From positions 22,196,001 through 22,260,000 of the forward strand of contig OX597815.1 of the NCBI GenBank assembly GCA_951406725.2: a stretch of DNA of 64,000 bases, written 5' to 3'. This DNA is from Octopus vulgaris. Taxonomy: Eukaryota. The notes below the pieces were generated by a model. That model saw only the letters and a program-made list of their open reading frames with translations. It was not told the DNA's origin and ran no database searches. The position numbers and the translations under genes are program-made. Positions within the stretch are counted from its first letter, which is position 1; each line of letters begins with the position of its first letter. Positions 55,259 through 64,000 of the stretch are shown piece after piece.

Positions 55259-55740
55259 GTAAGCTATAATAATAAATCCAAACCAAATAGTGATATTTTG
55301 ACTTCATTATTGCAACTTACACAACTCAATGCCACTACAAACTAGCCCGTATAGATATCTCCAATGGAATAGTTTGTTGTAGTTGATTCGTGGCGAAAAT
55401 TCGAATACTATGCACTGCATCTTAGCATAACTGGAAACTGAGTACATAAACATTGAAGAAGAAGAGAAGAAGATGTAATACTGGCCATAGATGAGGCTGA
55501 ATGAGGTTGATATTCATTACATGAAACATGAAAAGCTCTCTTACTGAAAAACGAAATTTTATGTTACGAAGGATGGCGAAGTATCATTTGTGATTTGAAT
55601 TCTGGTTACAAAAATTGTTGATTTTGATAAGCATGAAGGTTCAAGTTCAAGAAAGTTAAAACAGACTCTATTAAAAATAAGTGTTTACATACGTTCCCGG
55701 TGAAGAGTATGTATTCTTTCCTTTCAATACTAACACAACA

Positions 55741-55846
<106 letters not shown>

Positions 55847-57021
55847 CGGCCGAAATGGGTAGAATTGAATCTCTGGAAGCAGAGTAACAGAACAAATGCC
55901 GCGAAAAATTCACTTCTCTACATTGCTCAAACAGCACTGTCAATTCATCTTCTAAACATATGTGCGCAAGCACACTCACACACACATACACACATGCACA
56001 CGCACGCACACACACATACGCACGCACACACACAACTACATATATTTCTACACATATATGTCTATGTGTGTGTGTATAGATATATGTAAGAGAACAGCGT
56101 ATGGCAGATATGTGGATAAACATTTAAAAAAAATTTTCTTGGCTCCTTTGTAGACCCCAATTTTGTTCGTTTGGCTGTATATCCTTTTGATGTACAAAGA
56201 AGCCAAAGAATAGTCAGAAAAACATTCTCAGAAGTAATAAAAATGGAATCTGGTGTAGGTATTGGAGAAAGACAGAAATAGATTATAAAGAGAGACTTAT
56301 GGTATATTAATGACAATTCTAAACAGTAATATTTGTTAAGGCTACCCTCAAAAGTTAACCCGCCTATAAATTTAGGAAGGTATTAAGCAAAACAAAACTT
56401 AAAATCCAAGTAGAGGAAAAGTTAAGCGGTTCTATTTGATCATAGGTAAGATATACCATTTCAAAAGGGCCACTTGTATCAGCATCAAAATTGCATAGTG
56501 TGCAAAAAGGTATATCTTCAAAGGTATATCTTAAAACTAGAAATATAGTGTACCATGTGACATATGTTAGATGATTGCAATAATCTCACAACGACTTTGT
56601 GTGTGTGTGTTTGTGTGTGTGTGTTTGTGTGTGTGTGTAGGGAAATTTAGGAGAAGCATATGAGAGAGATCACACTTGCGAGTATAAAGAAAATAATCCA
56701 ATACCAGCACCCTTCTAGCAAACATTTCTGTATCTCTCTGTCTGTCTGACTGCATACTACACACACACACATACACACACGCACATACAAACACACACAT
56801 ACACACACGCATAAACAGACACACACACATATATTTTTAAAAGAAATAATTAAGATTCATTTAAATTAGTTACTCAAGTTGAGGCACCAAGTCAGTCCGG
56901 TATTATTCGCACAGCTCGAAGTTAGGTGAATAAAAAGCAAATAAGTAACAAGGATGTCCAGGTATTAGGGCATTACAGTCGTTTCAAGCGGTTCCATTTA
57001 ATCCATTAAATGGAGCCGCTT

Positions 57022-57134
<113 letters not shown>

Positions 57135-57140
57135 ATAAAC

Positions 57141-57193
<53 letters not shown>

Positions 57194-57562
57194 TACTACG
57201 TATGTGGGAAATTCTGTCTGTCTGTGTGTTTGTGGAGTTGTTAGCTAATTCCTCCTACATCGTTTGATCGATTTTGATGAAACTTGACACGTGAGTAGAA
57301 ATTGAAAAAATCGATAATAGAGCCCCTGGAAGGAATCCTTATATACATCTAATATATTTTATTTTAAAAAAAAACAAGGGAAATAACCCATTCGCACCTG
57401 GAAGGATCCTTATATATAGTCAAGGGAAATAACCCATTCATTTTCCTAAATTATTTTGTAATAAGGAAATTGAGTATGTTTAGTTCTTAGTATTTGAACT
57501 GTTAGTCTTATTTTCGCAGTTTATCCATTACAACCCTTAAACAAGTAAATAGTTTTTTTTCT

Positions 57563-57900
57563 AGGCGCAGGAGTGGCTGTGTGGTAAGTAGCTTGCTTAC
57601 CATCCACACGGTTCCGAGTTTAGTCCCACTTCGTAGCACCTTGGGCAAGTGTCTTCTACTATAGCCTCGGGCCGACCAAAGCCTTGTGAGTGGATTTGGT
57701 AGACGAAAACTGAAAGAAGCCCGTCGTATATATGTATATATTTGTATGTGTGTTTGTGTTTGTCCCCCCATCCTCGCTTGACAACCGATGCTGGTGTGTT
57801 TACGTCCCCGTAACTTAGCGGTTTGGCAAACGAGACCGATAGAATAAGTACAAGGCTTACAAAGAATAAGTCCTGACTGAAACAAGTAAAAGAGAAAGAG
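57563..57900 (+). mobile_element. SINE family A with an internal 3' deletion
   Basis: Collinear with the other copies but lacks the GGGGTCG...CAGTCAAA block. Confidence 0.85.
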
Positions 57901-58468
57901 AGAGAAATAGATCCATTTATTTCGGTTAGTGACTTATTCACGAATATACCAATACTAGCGCCCCTGAGTGTAATATTCTCTATGAACGCACACAAGCCCT
58001 TTTCAGAGTTATTTACTTTCAATTATTATTATCTCATATTTGATGAGATAGTAACAATTTGTACTATTAATAACATTTGATGAGATAACTGATGAGCCTG
58101 TTACTACGTAACATGCTTCACGATTTTAGTATATATACCTTATTCGTATTTCCTACTATGTTCTGTATACTCTGGGAATGCAGCATTAAAGCCCTTTACT
58201 GCAGTTTCTCTATCTTCAAGCATTTCAACTCATAGATTGTATTGGAGCTATCCTCTTTCTGTCTTCACATTTAACCCCCCACCCCTCACCCAATGGGAAA
58301 TTTCTACCTAATAAATGTGAAGATATTCTCACATGACTTCCCTTTTCCTAGATCACGTATTTGAAACTCTAACTTATCTGTGTTTAGTATAAAGAACGCC
58401 CCCAGGAGTATTTTCTCTCACCCATTTTTGTTCAAATGTAAAATCCAACATATAAAAATGTATATATG

Positions 58469-58576
<108 letters not shown>

Positions 58577-58703
58577 TTATGGTGTCATTGAGACCCAAGG
58601 GTGTCAGGTAATGCTGAATAAGTGCTATAGACAGACCATAGTTAAGCTAGATTCTCTATTTGTATCACATCGAAACTAACTATGACTTAACTTTTCTTTT
58701 CAC

Positions 58704-58761
58704 AAGGTTTCCGATGAAGGGATGTTATTAATTAATATCCTAGAAACAGCTGTAAGACCTT
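58704..58761 (+). ncRNA. Type I hammerhead (U4C variant) in a ~260-bp element between (TA)n tracts
   Basis: AAGGTTT-CCGATGA-aGGGATGTTA(ttaat)TAATATCCTa-GAAA-CAGCTG-TA-AGACCTT. A.A mismatch at the base of stem II. Confidence 0.8.
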
Positions 58762-60151
58762 CTATCTATAAATGCTCCAATATCTATACAGTCTTGGTTT
58801 TTTTACCTCATTACGCAAAAAATTCAAATATATACATATATATATATATGTATATATATCTTCTGTGTGTGTGTGTGTGTGTGTGTTAATATGCTGATTT
58901 GTGTGTACATCCCATTGTCCATAATCAACAATTTAGCAATTGTTTCTGTTACGGAGTACCGGAAGCGAGACCATAGTGTGCCTTGATGGTATACTTTACT
59001 ATATATTATAGACTGGAATACACTGGAACACACGTAACCAGCATCACTTAAAATTGATATAAGTTACGCAGTTGTGCTCATGCAGTGAACGAAATCCAAT
59101 GACAACTAATCAGACACATCATACATTTTAGATGGTAAACAAAAATGTGAAAGTGTATGTGTCATCTGAGTTGAAGTTAGATATATATATATATATATAT
59201 ATATATATCTATCTCGATTTTGAAAATATCACCTACCAATGCATATTGCTAGTTTTGTTGACAAATCGTTTTTAGTTTATTTGCTGTCCACTTTTACTAT
59301 GATGCTTCCATGTCAAATTAAACGCATATAACAATTTCGTCAATTGATTTCTTTACTTTATTAAGACTCGATGAAAATGTTATGATGGAACTGTAAAGCA
59401 CATGATATTTGATATTGTATTATTTATGTAGACGGTGATTCATAATGTCATTCATTGGTGGCTATTGTCATAACAATCGGTGCCTTTTGATCTAACTGAT
59501 ATATTCATAAATTAGCTATGTTTAAGTGGCTAATTTTGAATACTTCATACACGATTTATATATCCCAAGTTTATCAAATTCAGTGTTGTAGTTTTAATAT
59601 TGTACAATTTGTATGACCAAACTGCAAGAACTCTAAATCCTAGGTTAACTGCTTGCGTCTGAGCCAGATTTGTCAGGTGTCATTTTGTCTCTATGTTTTC
59701 TGCTTGTACTTTCTGTCAAACTATGATATAGGACTTGATATCGACTTTACACCAATCATCTACTTGCACCAAAATTCGCTCCTTTGCGCCACTTGGGCTC
59801 AACTTTCCTCCCCGCCTCATCTAACCTCCTCCCCTCGCCTCTCTTCCCCTCACACCTACTTACTCCCACCTCCTCTTCTCTCTTTCTCCAACTCCTACTT
59901 CTCTTCACTCCTACTCTCCTTCTCTCTTCTCTTCACTCCTACCCACCTTCTCCTTCCCCCTTCATCGTCACCCCTCTCTCTTAAGCCCACCCCAACCCTA
60001 CACATTCCACCCACCATCCCTAACCTCCCCCATCCCACTCCATCCATCCCTTACACCCACTCCCACAGAAACCACCTCTACCCCACCCTTGCTTTCCCCC
60101 CTCCCCCAACACCATCACACCACACAACACACACTACACCATACGCCACTA

Positions 60152-60386
60152 TACCTATTTCTTTATTACCCACAAGGGGCTAAACATAGAGGGGACAAAC
60201 AAGGACAGACATAGGTATTAAGTCGATTACATCGACCCAGTGCGTAACTGGTACTTAATTTATCGACCCCGAAAGGATGAAAGGCAAAGTCGACCTCGGC
60301 GGAATTTGAACTCAGAACGTAACGGCAGACGAAATACCGCTAAGCATTTCACCCGGCGCGCTAACGTGTCTGCCAGCTCGCAGCCT
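60152..60386 (-). mobile_element. SINE family D
   Basis: Monomeric reverse copy. Confidence 0.85.
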
Positions 60387-60599
60387 TATACACCACTATA
60401 GCACACAACACACCACCACGCACACATCGGCACTGACCACTTCCCAGACCCACATATTCACACCTACACATACACACACGTCAAGATCACCAGCCCTCTT
60501 CCACACGCACTTACAAACTCTCTTACACACACGCACGCGCATCTCCATTTTGGGATCACCACTACTTTATTATCTCCCCTTCTCCCTAGCTTTCCTATG

Positions 60600-60798
60600 T
60601 GACCTTTCTGTCCAGCATTCGCCATGATAGATTGCTAGCCACTACATATTATTTTCTCTCCTTGTTTCTTTCTGTGTTCCTTTCTGTGGAAGAGCGTAGG
60701 CTCGAAACGGTAAAGACTTTTTCACTTCCCAAGCGTTGTACTAATACATCTGCTTGTTGTCTACACCACCTGTCTTCGTCTTTTGTTTATTTGTGAAT

Positions 60799-60802
<4 letters not shown>
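60600..60802 (+). mobile_element. Short repeat family F with a variant hammerhead-like motif (other copies 22125-22310 +, 40037-40240 -, 46912-47020 +)
   Basis: Shared tail ACACCACCTGTCTTCGTCTTTTGTTT abutting microsatellites. Motif CTTT-CTGTNGAA-GAGC(gtag)GCTC-GAAA-CG-TA-AAAG. Confidence 0.75.
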
Positions 60803-60884
<82 letters not shown>

Positions 60885-60915
60885 CATGCATATATGTAAA
60901 CAAACATATACACAG

Positions 60916-61042
<127 letters not shown>

Positions 61043-61881
61043 TCATACACATGTATATGTGGGTACAGGACGTCGCCAAACAGTGAACAACATGAAATAC
61101 GAAAGCAAATGAGTCCAGTACGCAAACAATGAGAGAAACAAATGGAAAACAGGACAAGTAACATAAATAACGACCCTTCGTCGGTTGTCGCCTGTCCATC
61201 TACTCCTCATTTCGAGCATTGAACGACAATATGAGCCTTCGAAGACAGTTGCTCACGTACATGCCAAAATAAAACTTGTGACTTATGGAAGGTCAAAGCT
61301 GGGAACTAAAACAGGACAGTGGAAACAAACATGGAGGGTCGTTAGATCTGAATGAGGGTAAAAATGGCGAATAATCACGCGAGGAAGAGAAAGATGGACG
61401 ATGGTCACGTGTGAGCAACAAGAGAGAGAGAACGGAAGAAAGAGGGAGAGAGATAGAGATAGAACGATAGAAAACGGTGAAGGGGAGGAAAAGGGAATTA
61501 GAGAAAGGATGAGAGAGAAAACAATATAGGTTAGAGTCGCATCAAAAAAAGATAAAGATAACTTAGACATACAAATAGCTAGTTAGCTAGATAAATAACA
61601 CATATGGGCTGATGTAACCGAGATGGGTCGGTAGGGGTCAATACGCAGTATATACTATTTCTGTGAAAATGTTTACTCTTAATACGCCTGGAGAAAACGC
61701 TTTTTAAAATTTATTTTTACATATTGAAGTTTTTCTATTTATCAATAAAAGACACGTCTTAACAGCCTATCTGTGTTATGTATTCTTCACCACACTCGGA
61801 ACCTTTCCTGAGTGGAATACCCCTGCCGGAGTATACCCCTGTGTGACTTCATGTATTCGTTGTGTATTTGGTAAATATTTT

Positions 61882-62299
61882 ATTTCTTTATTGCCCACAA
61901 GGGGCTAAACATAGAGGGGACAAACAAGGACAGACATTAAGGGATTAAGTCGATTACATTGACACCAGTGCGTAACTGGTACTTAATTTATCGACCCCGA
62001 ATGGATGAAAGGCAAAGTCGACCTCGGCGGAATTTGAACTCAGAACGTAGCGGCAGATGAAATACCTATTTCTTTATTACCCACAAGGGGCTAAACATAG
62101 AGGGGACAAACAAGGACAGACATAGATATTAAGTCGATTACATTGACCCCAGTGCGTAACTGGTACTTAATTTATCGACCCCGAAAGGATGAAAGGCAAA
62201 GTCGACCTCGGCAGAATTTGAACTCACAACGTAACGACAAACGAAATACCGCGAAGCATTTCGCCCAACGTGCTAACGTTTCCGCCAGCTCGCCGCCTT
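61882..62299 (-). mobile_element. SINE family D with a tandemly duplicated 3' part
   Basis: Same dimer junction as 37640-38060. Confidence 0.85.
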
Positions 62300-62479
62300 C
62301 GTATTTGGTAAATATTTATCAATGTGTGCATAACTGGACGGACGAATCAGTATTTATTTTAGTAAGTACGTAAGTGTCCGTCCGCCCTGTTAATTCATAG
62401 GTGTGCTATCCCCGACTCTACCTTGGTGCCTTTGTTATTTAAATACCTTGATTCTATCGGATCCTGAAAATTTAATATA

Positions 62480-62528
<49 letters not shown>

Positions 62529-63874
62529 GGGTTGGGTGTTCATAACATAATTCAATTCATTGATAAACTATTCATAACATTAGTGAGCGATTCATTCGTT
62601 CGCATATGAATTGCTACTAACGTAGCTCGATAACAACATGACCGACACGAGGAAATGTCAGTTTCAGAATCTAATCGGGCATATGCTTGATTAGACCCCA
62701 AAACTGATATTTTCAGCGTTTTAAAAGGCCTTGAATTGGACCCTATCTGCATTTCGCTTAATACTTTTGTAGTCATGCGTGAATATTGTATTATTTCCTT
62801 TGCTGTGTGTTTGTGTAAAATTTCGATACCTCGAGTAGTGTTAGCGCCATAAAATACAATACTACCCAGATGCATCAGCGAAATAATTCCTATTCATGGT
62901 TGAATAATTCCACCTGACTCGCTAAAGATTTAGAGGAAGAAACTAAAGCAAAGCAATCCAAGTTTTCCTTCTCTATACATATAAACCTTTACCTGTATAA
63001 AAATCAATATATTGAATATTCACATAGTTTATTAAACTAGTGGATCACTTTGCTATATATTGATCCGCTGATGAAGTTTTACATCTCCCAAGTTTGTGAC
63101 CGGCGTAAATTGTTTTCCGCTGTTAAACTCATTAGAGGGAAATTGCTGACAGGACTGCTACTTGCCAAGAATATGCTGTCGGCTTAACTGGCCAAAGGCT
63201 CTTCCGTATTTTTTCATCGCCGTTGGAAAACTGTATTTAAGACGATTAATTCTAAGTCGGCAGAGATGTAAATTGGAACCATGTGGCGATGGCATCCACC
63301 ACTGTAAATGGCATTAGCAATGAATACATGATTAATGCTTTTGTTAAAGGAAAACACTATAATGAGAAGAAACTCGTGCTGGTCTTGAGTGGGCTCGGCC
63401 AGACTCAGTTCAGTAAAATTGGCAAAATGAATAAATTTGCATGCAATATAGAGAAATTAATTTAACATGTCAGCCAGCTCCCTTCGCTGGAGAACAAATG
63501 AAAAACGTATGAAAAGACCGTAAATAAAAGCGAGAGAGAAGAATGGATAATGGTAGAATGTTTGTGTGTGTGTCTGTGTGTATATGTGTGTGCGCGCACG
63601 TGTGAGCGTGTGTGCGCGCACGTGTGAGCGTGTGTGTGTTTGTGTGTGTCTGTGTATTCACATATATTTTATATTTAAATACATAAAATATACGTCAATA
63701 TACGCATTCGCAGAATACGCGCACACTCAAATATATAAAAGCGTTGTGTTCTGAATTAGTAGTTCTGAGCTCCAGTTTTGGATAGACATGGGACCGTCAG
63801 CTTTTAGACAAGTTTCTCACACTTCATTAAACCATATTTTTTGCTAGGGCCTACGATTTGTACTCCTACAAATA

Positions 63875-63990
63875 CTCTTTTACTCTTTCACTTATTTCAG
63901 TCATTTGACTGTGGCCATGCTGGAGCACCGCATTTAGTCGAGCAAATCGACCCCAGGACTTATTTTTTGTAAACCTAGTACTTATTCTAT
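63875..63990 (-). mobile_element. SINE family A, 3' fragment
   Basis: Reverse complement of the family A tail. Confidence 0.8.
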
Positions 63991-64000
63991 CTGTGTAGTA

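Noticed and set aside
57200-57445. Helitron/Helentron-like fragment (GATTTTGATGAAACTT, AAGGGAAATAAC twice)
   Set aside because: Termini not identifiable; too weak to list as a feature.
58083-58380. AGATAA-CTGATGA-GC stem with a distant GAAA...TTATCT
   Set aside because: No GAAA after the local stem II, and no UH site before the distant stem I partner; at most a decayed half motif.
62552-62875. ORF containing LKISVLG, reminiscent of KISDFG
   Set aside because: Lacks DFG and the surrounding kinase motifs.
63040-63080. Hairpin followed by CTGATGA
   Set aside because: No valid UH site and no stem II-GAAA.

Overview
AT-rich animal genomic DNA, very dense in microsatellites and tRNA-derived SINEs. 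The repeat content looks like an octopus or other coleoid cephalopod; this is an inference. The only host gene found is on the minus strand: the last four coding exons of a Ret-like receptor tyrosine kinase (47988-47892, 47359-47260, 38825-38759, 36427-36183). They splice in frame and give the end of the kinase domain, a YLDL motif and an NxxY motif. The rest is intronic or intergenic transposon debris: Tx1/L1, CR1-type and R4/Dong-type LINE remnants, four SINE families, and two non-autonomous Helitrons. The ORF track misses the most striking signal, a large set of short elements in (TA)n/(CA)n tracts that carry minimal type I hammerhead ribozyme (HHR) motifs of the Penelope-like element (PLE) kind. 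About 5 are intact or nearly so, and more than 10 are variant, truncated or decayed. They include a PLE GIY-YIG remnant with inverted HHR-bearing repeats, a 362-nt circularly permuted retrozyme-like unit, a tRNA-headed SINE ending in an HHR plus PLE-type tail, a family with a non-canonical core, and a candidate strand-permuted hammerhead. All RNA folds were assigned by eye, none has been tested, and repeat boundaries are approximate.
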